Shown here: positions 37,410 through 49,740 of the stretch, piece by piece
Numbering within the stretch: the first letter of the stretch is position 1
How the letters are laid out: each line of letters opens with the position of its first letter
Assembly (NCBI RefSeq): GCF_902713615.1
Contig: NC_052154.1
Span: 192,796,948 to 192,860,947 of the forward strand
Source: Scyliorhinus canicula
Taxonomy: Eukaryota
DNA length: 64,000 bases
Direction: 5' to 3'
The notes under the pieces: generated by a model
What the model saw: the letters and a program-made list of their open reading frames with translations, nothing else
Told to the model about the DNA's origin: nothing
Database searches by the model: none
Position numbers and translations under genes: made by a program

Positions 37410-38000
37410 CATAGAAAATAGGAGCAGAAGGAGACCCTTTGGTCCTTCGAGCCTGCTCTGCCATTCATTATGATCATGACTGATCATCCAAATCAATAGC
37501 CTAATCCCTCTTTTCCCCATATCCTTTGAGTCTTTTTGCCTGAAATGCAATATCTAACTACTTCTTGAAAACGTACAATGCTTTGGCCTCAACTACTTCC
37601 ACAGGCTCACCACTCTCTGGGGAAAGAATTTCCCCTCGTCTCTGTCTTAAATGCCACTTCCTTAAGTACTCTGGGATATGGATTTATTGGCCTTCAATCC
37701 CATCCATTTCCCCAACACCATTTGTCTTACTAATATTGGATAAAAGCAAATTACCGCGGATGCTGGAATCTGAACCAAAAGAGAAAATGCTGGAAAATCT
37801 CAGCAGGTCTATAGGGAGAGAAAAGAGCTAATGTTTTGAGTCCAATAACAGTCAGAGAAAGTGGGAAATATTTATACTGTGGAGTGAGAATGAAAGATGA
37901 GTCATAGCCACAGAAACCCAGGGAAACTGGGTGCTAATGGCCACCGAAACCAAGGGAAAAGAGTGTTAATGGCAGTCCCCAGAAAGAACAAACTCCTGAA
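37410..38000 (-). mobile_element. CR1 3' fragment (37410-37740) followed by a Penelope-like end (37740-38000)
   Basis: catagaaaataggagcagaag tail; aaaagcaaattaccgcggatgctggaatctgaa...aaatgctggaaaatctcagcaggtct. Confidence 0.55.
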
Positions 38001-38335
38001 GGGGCAGCAGGGTAGCATGGTGGTTAGCATAAATGCTTCACAGCTCCAGGGTCCCAGGTTCGATTCCCGGCTGGGTCACTGTCTGTGCGGAGTCTGCACG
38101 TCCTCCCCGTGTGTGCGTGGGTTTCCTCCGGGTGCTCGGGTTTCCTCCCATAGTCCAAAGATGTGCAGGTTAGGTGGATTGGCCATGATAAATTGCCCCT
38201 TGGTGTCCAAGGGTTAGGTGGGATTACAGGGATGGGATGGGAAATTGGGCCTGGGTAGAGTGCTCTTTCAGAGAGTCAATGCAGACTCTAGGGGCTGAAT
38301 GGCCTCCTTCTGCACTGCATGGATTCTTTGATTTT
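38001..38335 (+). mobile_element. Full-length HE1 SINE
   Basis: GGGGCAGCAGGGTAGCATGGTGG head through the CR1-like tail. Confidence 0.88.
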
Positions 38336-39567
38336 TTTTGTGAAATGCTGTACCCATCTCTCTGTGAAAATGTGAGATTTCCCCCTGCATTGGTATTTAT
38401 GAATAAGACATTGAGAAATAAGTAGGAACCGTGTTAGAAACTAAACTGAAACTTCACATTGTTCATTATCTCAGGAGCTGCCAAATTAATATTTTGTGTC
38501 TATTCCTATCATCTGCAGAATGATGGCTTCTTGCTGAGGGAACATGTTTCAATTGAACCTTAAAATAGCTTTTACATTGTGCGCACAATTATTTTAGAGA
38601 GTAATTTAGGATTAATCAAATTAAGATTGAAAGCTGTACAAATCCGGTGGAATAACGTTGGGGCAAATTGGAAGGTAGAATGATGCTAACTGCAAGTAGC
38701 TGCTCCTGAGCTGAGCAATCTCGCATTATGGAAGCAGTGACTCATTTTGTGTGGCAACATAATCAGCGACAGCTACAGCGAAACCTTTTGAAGCCGAGTG
38801 TGTTTAGGAGGAAAAAAAAACATCATTAGCACTGGAGCTTCTAACCCATCTATTCCTGGATCCTTATCATGGTATTCCAGACATTCCCCTTCCTCCATTA
38901 CTGATACTGCACCAGAATCAGCCATGATGACAGAGCTAATCTATCCATCCTGGCAGTCAATGGTATCTTATCACAGCCTGTGAGATATTGATTCTTGCCT
39001 CACAGTAATAGAGCAGCAGCTGGCATGGGCAATGACTGACAATAAATGCCCTCCCTGCAGGTTCCTGGATTTTCCAAGTAATTCAATAAAATCATTTGTA
39101 CAAATGTCAAGATTTATATCATGTAGCAAGGTTATGCAGATCTGCAATCAATGCGAATATTTTAGAAGTAACCCTCTGCTATGTTCAATTTTGTAATAAA
39201 TTCATTTAAATTAGGAGGAGCATGGAATGAGCTTTGCTGGTTTGTTTGGATATGTGGATGCAATAGAAATGGGCCACTGCGCCATTTCTGATCAAATCTG
39301 AAAAGTAAAACTCTATAGAAAGCAGTCTAATTTATTTGGAGGAAAAAAGTGACTTTCCGACGAATATCTCTGTTATAAGAGCAACAAGCATTGCTGATTG
39401 GGACTGATGTTGACACAGAATGTTTGGATTTCATTTGACCTGCCGACACTTATCTAAACAATAAAGTTCGCTTTTGTGATTTACTGCGCAAGTGATGATG
39501 CATATTTGATCAAAGAAATTGATGCAGGATTTAAAAAGAAATTCTCAAATGTTCTGTAGTGCCTTGG

Positions 39568-39740
39568 GATAATAATTGTTTATTGTCACGAGTAGGCTTC
39601 AATGAAGTTACTGTGAAAAGCCCCTAGTCGGCACATTCCGGCGCCTGTTCGGGGAGGCTGGTACGGGAATTGAACCCGTGCTGCTGCTCTTGTTCTGCAT
39701 TACAAGTCAGCTGTTTAGCCCACTGTGCTAAACCAGCCCC
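39568..39740 (-). mobile_element. Short tRNA-derived SINE (L2-like tail)
   Basis: Reverse complement of the GGGGCTGGTTTAGCAC family. Confidence 0.8.
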
Positions 39741-39957
39741 GGTTTACCAGGATATTATTATGCTGTTGGTGTTGCATAAGTTCAGGTTGTTGTTGTTGGG
39801 TGAAGTCATGCATGTGTAACAGGACTGACCCAACACTGTGGGGGGGATTTATGCCCCACCCCTGCCCCATGCCAGGGAACACTCAGTGGATAGTCATTAC
39901 CAGAGGGACCAGACAATCCCACTGCCGGGAACGGCCAGAAAATCCCGCCTTATATGT

Positions 39958-41480
39958 TGTTATAAGATACATCTCAACACCCTGGGCTAGTGCGCAGTCA
40001 ATTCCAGCCCCATCTGACCCGGAATCGCCGCACAATTACCCAAAGTCTTTGGCTCCTGAATAATTACAGTCACCAGGTTTGTAAATTTAAACACACAACT
40101 TTTGTTAATAATAACTAGAATTAAATGGGCAACAAATACATCTGGTTAACTATTCAATTTCTCCTCCCCCCCCCCCCCCCCCCCTTTTAACTCTTGGGTT
40201 ACAGGAAGATAGGGATGGGATGGTCAAATGGGCAGATAGAATTACCCTGAAAAGTATGAGATGATACACTTTGGAAGGACTAATTTGACAAGGAAATATT
40301 CGATGAGCGGCTTGACACTGGGAGGTTCCGAGGAACAAAGGGACCTTGGCGTGTTTGTCCATAGATCTCTGAAGGTGTTAGGGCAGGTTAATCGGGTGGT
40401 GTATAATATATATGAGACACTTGCTTTTATCAATTGAGGCATGGATTACAAAAGCAGGGTGGTCATGTTGTGCAGAACTATGGTGAGGCCACAGCTGGAG
40501 TACTGTGTGCCATTCTGGTCACCACATTATAGGAAGGATGTGATCATACTGGGGAGGGTGCAGAGGAGATTCACCAGGATGTTGCCTAGGATATGGAGAG
40601 GTTGGATAGGCTTGGGTTGTTTTTGCTGGAGGAGAGGAGACTGGGGGGGGGGGGGGGGGGCTGACCTGATTGAGATGGAGGGGCATGGACAGGGTGCATG
40701 GGGAGCAACTATTCCCCTTACTTAAAGGGTCAGTCATAGGGGGGCAGGTGGTTTAGGGGCAATGTGAGGAAACACCTTTACCCAGAGGGTGGTGATGGTC
40801 TGGGAGGATCCTTTAAGAAGTACCTGGCTAAGCACTTGGCAAATCATCATGTTGGTAATAGGTGGGTAGGTCAGGTGTTTTACACCTGTTGGTGCAGACT
40901 CAATGGGCTGAAGGGTCTGTTTTGAACTCTGTGAACTCACCCCATCCTCCATATATACACAGGGGTGTAAAAATAATACTAAACGGATGAGTGTCTCTGT
41001 TTCAGATGGACATCTCAGATCTTTCCTCCGTCTAGATCTCCAGCTGGATCATCCAAATAGATGATGATTTGTTTCAGTCTGTAATGGTTTTCACTGTAGA
41101 CTCCTTTCCAGTCTCGAGGCTCCACTGCAGACTCCGAAACAGCAGGCAGGAAATGTTTAAGAGAGTAAGCAACACACTGCCTCGCCTCTCAGCGTCCAGG
41201 GGTTTTCTCTTATGGGTTATCTGAAAACACCTCACCTGGCAGGATCCAATCGCTGTCTGTTACTGGGCAGAATACAGTCCTTCACCAGTCCATTGACCAC
41301 CAGCCAGCCAACCAATCAAACCGAATCCCTCCAATCTCTGGGGTGCCATAAAGTCCTGTTCAAAATCTCAATCTTCATAACACATTTGCAACTTCCTCTG
41401 CTCAACTTAATATATCTCCATTAAAGATCCTTCAAAAATGATAATGACAAAGCAAGAGGAACCAACAGGAAGAGCTCTTA
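39958..41480. mobile_element. LTR-like element interrupted by a plus-strand CR1 3' fragment (~40200-40930)
   Basis: TGTTATA start; CR1 remnant RPQLEYCV.FWSPHYRKDVI.L.RVQRRFTRMLP. No clear TSD. Confidence 0.5.
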
Positions 41481-41977
41481 TCATGGGTAATTTTAAAAAT
41501 GGCTGACATTATGTCTGTCTGTAACCCTGAACAAAACTACTTCAAGGCTTTGATGACGTTTGCACCTCGTTATCTCTGAAATGATCTCCACGACCTCCCC
41601 GTGGGCTGCAGTGACCAAATTCAAAGGGAACTATACCGAGGGCTTCTGCATTCAGTGGTCAAGCCTGGCCAACCAGTGCCAATTCGTCCGCTAGGACAGA
41701 GGACCCAGACAATGCTTTTGTGGTTTGTGGAGAGATGGGAGTCATATAACATGCTACCCCCCTCTCCCCCAGCTGATGGAACTAGCAATATTGCCTTTTG
41801 GAACTGCAAAGGCCAGCCTGCATCTTTCCACCTACCGAGCAGCTGCATAGAAAAGGGGCTCTGTCCAGGTTTGAATGCCTGGCTACACATTTCCCCCCCT
41901 AGACCTTTTGCACCATCACCTGCAGATTGATTTCTGCATCCCTATCTCATTGTGGGGGTCAACTCTACTGGAAAAGG

Positions 41978-42144
41978 CGATCCCGGCTCTGGGTCACTGT
42001 CCGTGTGGAGTTTGCACATCCTCCCCGTGTCTGCGTGGGTTTCGCCCCCACGGCCCAAAAATGTGCAGAGTAGGTGGATTGGCCACGCTAAATTGCCTCC
42101 CTAATTGGAAAAAATAATTGGGTAATCTAAATTTATTTTTTAAA
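41978..42144 (+). mobile_element. 5'-truncated HE1 SINE
   Basis: TSD AACTCTACTGGAAAAG. Confidence 0.88.
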
Positions 42145-42495
42145 ACTCTACTGGAAAAGTGAATTATCCCGCATCAGTTCAGCCTGCCGACCATCCTTTT
42201 TGAAGGAATACATCACTAGACGCACGTGAATCTATAAATATTTTCTCTGTAGTCTTTGCCCTGTGAATCTTTCTGTATCCCTTTATTGTATGAGATAGCT
42301 ACCCCCACTCCCGCATGGAGCGTGTGCAACTAAACTAACCCTCTGAGCTCACCCTACCATGAGTTTGCTGTGTGGTAATTTAACAGAATTTGGTTCACAC
42401 CTAAACAGAGGTGTTGGGAATTACGCTACCTATAAAGGAGAAAGTAAATCAATACAGACAGACAGATGATGAGAGCACAAATCGGGGCTGTTTAA

Positions 42496-42501
<6 letters not shown>

Positions 42502-42547
<46 letters not shown>
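42502..42547. repeat. Poly-C homopolymer (~46 nt)
   Basis: Read directly. Confidence 0.9.
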
Positions 42548-43589
42548 ATCTGTAACAAATTTCAGATGCCTTTTTTCTCTAACTTGTTAAACATTCTGAA
42601 ATGGAATTATTTCTTAAGGGGGAGGGGGGTGATTTTTACCTCCTAAAGATCCTGTGAAATCTTCCTGAGCCGTATTATTCACTGGCCATATTTCAATAGA
42701 GAGAAATCCAAGGTGTAATCTGTAGCTCTCTTGAGAAAATGGTGTCATTTGTTCTCCTGTTAATAGTGGGACATTTGAGCTACACGACCACGAGAATTCC
42801 AATAAAGGATTATAATGGAAAACAGGCAGAAGCTGTCATAGTCGGAGGATAATGGTAGGCTGATAATGGGTTACGGTACAGTCTCTGTTTGACAGAGTGA
42901 CGTTTGTGACCTTCGGAGATCAGGACGCAGCAACATAAGACAATAGTGTGGGAAAAGATATTCTTGACACTGGAATTTAAATTGCGGCAGTAAGTAAAAT
43001 TTTAAGACTCCATTTCTCCAGATTGCTTGGCGGAGGGGGGGGGGGGAAGAGCTGAAATGCAGTAAAAGTGGTCACAGGAGGTTTGTACTGAGATTCGCTG
43101 TTAATATTCTGAACTAACATCTGCTCGAGCTAATTGAAATAAATTTCTATTTGTAGATGAGAGACCTAAACATTTATTGCAATAATGCTTTGCATGATAT
43201 AAAATGAATTGCTATTGGGATTTAAATCCAGTAATTACATATTATTAGGAGAACACTGGAACCATCAACTGTCAAATTGTAATTGGTAGGTCACGGTCAG
43301 CAGGAACATCTTTTTTGTTTTTGTATCTCTTGGATCTCCCATGGCAGTGCTCACAGCTAATTAGATATGTCCGAGCAACATGGCGTATATTATTCTGCTG
43401 CTAAAATAGAAGGACATGCTTTATAAATCACCAAGTCCGATAACGGTAAATCAATACAATGATTGAAACATAACTGATAATTTGTAGATTGGCAGCTGCT
43501 GATAATCACCAGATGCTCCATTAGAAATAAATGGTGTGGTTTTTAAAAAAAAAATTTAAAAATTGGAGATTAATTTTAATCTGTAAAAG

Positions 43590-43788
43590 GGTCTCTGTGC
43601 ATGTTCTCCCCATCCCTGTGTGGGTTTCCTCCCACAAGTCCCGAAAGACGTGCTTGTTGGGTGAATTGGACATTCTGAATTCTCCCTCTGTGTACCCGAA
43701 CAGGTGCTGTACTGGGACAACTAGGGGCTTTTCACAGTAACTTCATTGCAGTGGTTAATGTAAGCTTACTTGTGACAATAAAGATTAT
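43590..43788 (+). mobile_element. Truncated chimeric SINE (HE1 body with L2-like tail)
   Basis: cccgaaagacgtgc...aggggcttttcacagtaacttcattgc...gacaataaagattatt. Confidence 0.75.
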
Positions 43789-44621
43789 TTTTGTTAAAAT
43801 TAAAATATTTATAACATTTCTGGTAATCACAAAACAGGCACAAATATGTCTCTTGAGCAACTTCACTTAAATCAATCCTTTAATTAGTTTTGAAGTACCA
43901 CACATCAAAAAAAAAGTACATAATTAGTCTTTTCTTTTTAGTTATAAGTCTACTCTGCCCTAATGGATCTTGCCCGTTTTCTATTCTTCTCACAAGCCTA
44001 TCATCCTTCATCCCTTCATCATCATCTAACCCAATCAGCAATTCCTACTGTTCATTCTCCCTAGCCTTTATCTAGCTCCCCCTGAAATTCAGCAATATTG
44101 TTCATTTCAGCTTTGCCTCATAGTAACAAGTTCCATATTCTAAACCACCCTCTGAGCAGTGAAGGTTTCCATCCTTGTTTCTGTCTATATCTGTCGCCAC
44201 CCCGTGCCTTAAATGAGATGCCTGCACTCCAATTCTGGCCTCTTGTTCTCCACCAGTGGGGAATATTTTCTCGGCACTAAGCTCTTGAATTCCCTTCCGG
44301 AGCATCATTCCTCCTCCTTCACCCAGTCTTTTTCCCACGCCCAGCAGGTTGGACACCGATCTTACATGCCTTGGTGTCACCCCATAGTGTTTGATAATTA
44401 CTCCCATGAACTGCCTTGGATGTTTTATTGCGATGAACGATGTACAAGTGTGCTGTTTGGCATTTTTTTGTTCCCACCAAGTTACGGTTGGGCAATCTAA
44501 ATTTTGTTCCAGATTCTTGTGGTTATTGAAACATTGTCCTCTCTAACACCATGTGACTTTTTTTATTTTTAATTTTTAAATTTTGTTTTCCCAATTTTTA
44601 GATTTATTATTGTCCCAGGAG

Positions 44622-44733
44622 ATGCCGCAGTGGGGTGGTGGAGCAAAGTGTGCTGCGTGTGAGAAGACTGTCTACCATGCGGAGGAGATACAGTGCAACA
44701 GTAGAAGTTTCCACAAAACCTGCTTTCTTTGCA
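44622..44733 (+). CDS. CSRP3: CSRP3 (muscle LIM protein) first coding exon, [37 protein letters not shown]
   Basis: ATG at 44622, with acceptor AG at 44600-44601 (or 44617-44618) upstream. 112 coding nt as in human CSRP3; donor GCA|[31 protein letters not shown] is CSRP3-like rather than CSRP1/2-like; synteny with E2F8. Confidence 0.95.
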
Positions 44734-45279
44734 GTACGCCAGCCCCTTTTTATCAGCCCTCCATTATAAGCTTTCAGATCAGATCAGATCCAACAACAAG
44801 TGCTTTGCAGCAGAATCGTTAACACCCCCACACCCTCCACCTTGTAAATTATCCACTGGTATGATCAGCACATTGCCTTCCAGAGATTCCAGACCCATTG
44901 TTGCTCCTAAACATCAATTCCTGACTTAATTACCCCACCGGAGGAGGCAACAACATAAATTCATTAATTCTTAGCACGATTGATGACATAACTGCTCAGT
45001 TTACCCTCAAAAGGGTACTCTTGATGTTGCTAGGGCTGCCTGCTAAAACTAAACTCTAATTTTTCACTAGTGTGGGTGCTATCTGATTTGATGTCAATAA
45101 TTGTAGATCTGTTTTTTTAAAAAAAAAAATTTTTTTTTATTTTTCCTGAGTATCGTCTCCAACAATAAATAGCTACCAGTTTTCATAAATCCAAATTGAA
45201 ACTGTCAGAAATCTCTGGGTTTATTGAGATGACATTTGGAGGGGTGCGGAGGGGCCATGTTGCAGGGAGGTTGTAAACT

Positions 45280-45510
45280 TTATTTATTTTTTTGGTAAAT
45301 TTAGTGTACCCAATAACTTTTTAACCCCTCCAATTAAGGGACAATTTAGCGTGGCCAATCCACCTACCCTGCACATCTTTGGGTTGTGGGGGTGAAACCC
45401 ACGCAAACACTGGGAGAGTGCGCAAACTCCACACGGACAGTGGGTCAGGATCGAACCTGGGACCTTGGTGCTGTGAGGCAGCAGTGCAAACCACTGCGCC
45501 ACCGTGCCAT
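45280..45510 (-). mobile_element. HE1-type SINE in a CSRP3 intron
   Basis: TSD GGTTGTAAACTTTA. Confidence 0.9.
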
Positions 45511-45858
45511 CCTGGTTGTAAACTTTAAACCAGGGACACAAGTTCAATAATAAGTTGAATGGAAACGCTAAATTTTTCGATACGTGGGAGCCGATTTGTG
45601 GAAGAAATGGATAAATAAATGAAATTGCAATGCTCCTTTACCAACAAGGATGTGTTTCCAGAGATCTAGCAGCTGGAATTCTCCATATCCAACCACATGT
45701 ACACATTTCAAACCTTAAAATCTATCTGGAATTGGCTTCATATCTTGACCAACCAGAAAACAACAATTGAATCTGTCTCCACTCAAGTCTCAGGCAGTGC
45801 ATCCAGATTCTGACCATTCGCTGCATTTCAAAAGTTTCCTCATGTCTCTGTGGCTAGA

Positions 45859-46090
45859 GGGCAGCACGGTGGCACAGTGGTTAGCATTGCTGTCTACGGC
45901 GCTGAGGACCCGGGTTCGAATCCCGGCCCTGGGTTACTGTCCGTGTGGAGTTTGCACATTCTCCCCGTGTCTGCGTGGGTTTCACCCCCCAACCCAAAGA
46001 TGTGCAGGGTAGGTATATTGGCCACTCTAAATTGCACCTTAATTGGAAAAAATAATTGGGTACTCTAAATTTTAAAAAAAAAAATTTTTT
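45859..46090 (+). mobile_element. HE1-type SINE in a CSRP3 intron
   Basis: TSD ATGTCTCTGTGGCT. Confidence 0.9.
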
Positions 46091-46506
46091 AATGTCTCTG
46101 TGGCTTAAGGTGATTGGTGTCCTCTGGTTCTCCATCCTTCCCCCAATGGGGGCAGTTTCTCCCTCCCTAATCTGTCCAGGCATCTCACACCTCCGTCAAA
46201 CCTTCTCTTCCCCAAGGAGAGCTGCCCCAGCTTCTTTCTTTCTACATAACTGAAGTTTCCCACCCCTGGAAAGATTCCTGTGAATCCTTTCTACACTGTG
46301 TCTCTAAAACCTTCATGTCCTCTTTTTAAGATGTGGCATCCAGAATTGAAATATAATATCCAGTATCATAATCCTTACTTGCTTTTGCCCTCTGTGTCCC
46401 TCCTTTTTAAGCCCAGAATTCAGGGTGCTTTATTAACTGCTTTCCCAACCATCCTCATTGGTTTGTGAAGCTCCTGCTGCTCCATCTCCTTTAGAATTGT
46501 GCACTT

Positions 46507-46735
46507 GGGGCAGCACGGTGACGCAGTGGGTTAGCCCTGCTACCTCATGGCGCCGACGTCTCAGGTTCGATCCTGGCTCTGGGTCACTGTCCGTGTGGAG
46601 TTTGCACATTCTCCCCCTGTTTGCGTCGGTTTTGTCCCCACAACCTAAAGATGTGCAGGCTAGGTGGATTGGCCACACTAAATTGCCCCTTAATTGGAAA
46701 AAATGAATTGGGTACTCTTAAATTAAAAAAAAAAA
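46507..46735 (+). mobile_element. HE1-type SINE in a CSRP3 intron
   Basis: TSD AATTGTGCACTT. Confidence 0.9.
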
Positions 46736-46865
46736 ATTGTGCACTTTATTTTATATTTATTACCTTCCCAACAAAATCACTTCTCCACTACAATAAGTTT
46801 TGCTGCTAATGTCCATCCATTTTGCCTGTCTGTGTCCTCTCAATGTCTATCATTCTCTTTATTTA

Positions 46866-47030
46866 CTGGTTTAGCTCACCAAGCTAAATCGCTGGCTTTT
46901 AAAGCAGGCCAGCAGCACGGTTCGATTCCCGTACCAGCCTCCCCGGGCAGGCGCCGGAATGTGGCGACTAGGGGCTTTTCACAGTAACTTCATTGAAGCC
47001 TACTTGTGACAATAAGCGATTTTCATTTTC
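46866..47030 (+). mobile_element. Short tRNA-derived SINE (L2-like tail)
   Basis: ctggtttagctcacc...aataagcgattttcattttc. Confidence 0.8.
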
Positions 47031-47196
47031 ATATTGTTCACCCTGGATTGTCTTTTTTAGGCCAGTGTCTGGTATTATATGTTCTTCCTTATCGAACCCG
47101 TTTTTATTTTTCATTGCAAAAGTGCTTCTGAGTTGTTTTTTTTTTGATCTGTGAAATGGGTTCATCAGCAGCCTCCTTGCTCTTGTTGTTTTTCAG

Positions 47197-47365
47197 TGAT
47201 CTGCAGAAAAGCCCTAGACAGCACTACAGTCGCTGCACATGAAGCTGAAATCTACTGCAAGGGTTGCTATGGCAAGAAGTATGGGCCAAAGGGCTATGGC
47301 TACGGTCAAGGTGCTGGAACTCTTAGTTCTGAGACCCTAGAAAATCCTGGCCCCCATCAAGTGGA
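47197..47365 (+). CDS. CSRP3: CSRP3 second coding exon (end of LIM1 and Gly-rich region)
   Basis: Acceptor ttgttgtttttcAG|TG, donor GA|GTAAGT. 169 nt as in human. Encodes [43 protein letters not shown]. Confidence 0.96.
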
Positions 47366-47394
47366 GTAAGTGTTTATGAAGAATGAATGAGCTC

Positions 47395-48110
47395 AATTTT
47401 GGTCGGAAGAGGCAATATTAACGGGAGTGTACATTTCTAAAGAGAGTTCAGGCGCAGAAGGACTTTGGATTGGTTATATGTGCAAAAATCATTGAAGCTG
47501 GCACGGCAGGTGGAGTGAGCGGTTTAACTAAATGAACAGAATCCTGGACTTTATGGGTAGGGGCATAAGATAAATCTGTCTGGCCTCAGCTGGGGTATTG
47601 TGTCCCATTCTCCTTGGACCTTTATGAAAACATTGGAGAAGGTCAGGAAAAGATTCACTAGAATGGTTCCAGGGGTGAGGAACTTCAGTTGTGAAGATAG
47701 ATTGGGGCTGTACTCCTTGGAGAGGAGAAGGTTGAGAGGCGATTTGATGGAGGTGCTCAAAAGTCATGAGGAGAATGGATGAGGAAAAACTGTTTTCCCC
47801 CATTGGCAGAAGGGTTGAGATCCAGAAGTCACCAATTTGATGTGATTGGCAAAAAAAGCAATGGTGCCATCGGGCAACAACCAATTGAGTGGATAGGATC
47901 TGGAATGCATTTCCACGGGTGAGTCAGAAGCCAATTCAATTGTGAATTGCAAAGAAAAATTGAATCATTATCTGAGGGGAATAATTTGCAGGGTATGGGG
48001 AGAGGTCAGGCGAGTGGCATTGGGTCAATGGCTCCGGCATTGGGTCAATGGCTCCTGCATTGAGCTGACACTGATGCGATGGGCTGAATAGCCTCCCAGT
48101 AACCATTCTC
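47395..48110 (+). mobile_element. Decayed CR1 3' fragment
   Basis: LEKVRKRFTRMVPG...LGLYSLERRRLRGDL. Confidence 0.8.
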
Positions 48111-48714
48111 TGAAGCAATGTCTCTAGCCCTCTTGCCAATCTACAGGGGCTATTTATAGACTAAGAGACAGGATAAAATGGAGAGCCTAGAAATCCTTAG
48201 AGGTTCAAGGCAATTCATCAGTAAAACTCTTTTAGAAATGGGCACAACCTCGATTGAAATTTGAGTCCCATCTATCTGAACACATTTTCTATTAGAAACT
48301 CGGTGTATCATTATAAATCCATTATAAATCCAATCTAATTTTCTGAATCGCCAATGTAATCCAATATTAAAGCTCACTCTCCAGAACATAGTTCTGTGCT
48401 GATATGTCCCTTGGTATAGACATAAAAACAGATCAGTGCTCCAATAAATATTTGAAAATTCACATTTCAATTTGATTTTCACACATATATCTAGTGTTAT
48501 TTTTTACTTCATTAGTCACAGTGTAAAAAGGAGCGGTATATTCACTTACAGAAAATGTGGCAAATGCTAGATTGCATATTTGTGGAGAGAGCAAGAGAAA
48601 AGTGAGTTAATGGTTTAAGTCAAAGGGTTGGGAAAGATCGAGAAATCTTTTCCCCTCCAACTGTAAGATTTCTAACTTCTTCCTGTGTTCAAGTTTCCAG
48701 CATTTTCAATTCTT

Positions 48715-49510
48715 CACCTTCCCTCCACCATAAAGTCAGAAGTGGGGGTGCTCGCTGATGTTCACCATTCCCACTCCTCTGATACTGAAATAGTCCAGGC
48801 CCATATGCAGCAAGACCTGGACAACATACACTCGCCGCCAAAGTGACACTTTTGCCAGGCAATGCCCATCTCCCCTGGACATTCAACGACATTCCCATCG
48901 TTGAATCCCCTACTTTCAACATCCTGGGAGTTATCATTGACTAGAAACTGAACTGGACTAGCCATACAAATACTGTGGCTACAAGAGTAGTTCAAAGGCT
49001 GGGAATCCTGCAGTAAGTAACTCCTGACTCCTCAAAGTCAGGAAAACTCTCCAATTGCCTTGTGCAACTCCAACAACACTCAAAAAGTTTGATACCATCT
49101 AAAACAAAGCAGCCCACTTCATTGGCATCCCATCCTTCAACATCCACTCCCTCCATCATTGATGCACAGTGGCAGCAATGTGTACCATCTACAAGGTGTA
49201 CTGCTCCTATCACCAAAGATCACTTTCCAAATCTGTAACCTCTACCATCTCAGACAGGGATAGCACAGACATGAGCACACCATCACCTCCAAGTTCCCCT
49301 CCAAGCTGCACACCATCCAGACTTAAGAACTATATTGTTGTTTGTTCGCCATTGCTGGGTCATAATCCTCAAACTCACTCCCTCCCTAACAGCAATGTGG
49401 GTGGGCCTACACCACATGGACTGCAGCAGTTCGAGAAGGCTGCTCCCCACCACCTTCACATGGGCAATAAAAGTACTGGCCTCGGCATCAACATCAATGC
49501 CATGTGCATA
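48715..49510 (+). mobile_element. Decayed CR1-like LINE 3' fragment (second family)
   Basis: cgctgatg...atgcagcaagacctggacaac...aacatcctgggagttatcattgac...ggactgcagcagttcgagaagg...gggcaataaa. Confidence 0.65.
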
Positions 49511-49558
49511 ATCCGAAAACAGTTCCAGCATCTGCAGTTTTTATGTCGATTTGCCTTT

Positions 49559-49740
49559 CTCCCATCTGGGTCTCCCATCTGGGTCTCCCATCTGGGTCTC
49601 CCATCTGGGTCTCCCATCTGGGTCTCCCATCTGGGTCTCCCATCTGGGTCTCCCATCTGGGTCTCCCATCTGGGTCTCCCATCTGGGTCTCCCATCTGGG
49701 TCTCCCATCTGGGTCTCCCATCTGGGTCTCCCATCTGGGT
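49559..49740. repeat. Perfect minisatellite (CTCCCATCTGGGT) x14
   Basis: 182 nt = 14 identical 13-mers, read directly. Confidence 0.97.

Noticed and set aside
42425-43000. TATAAA at ~42431 and donor-like GCA|GTAAGT at ~42990 as CSRP3 exon 1
   Set aside because: They are over 500 bp apart with intervening ATGs and a poly-C tract, and there is no adjacent muscle motif set. Weaker than the 25.9-26.1 kb candidate, though not excluded.
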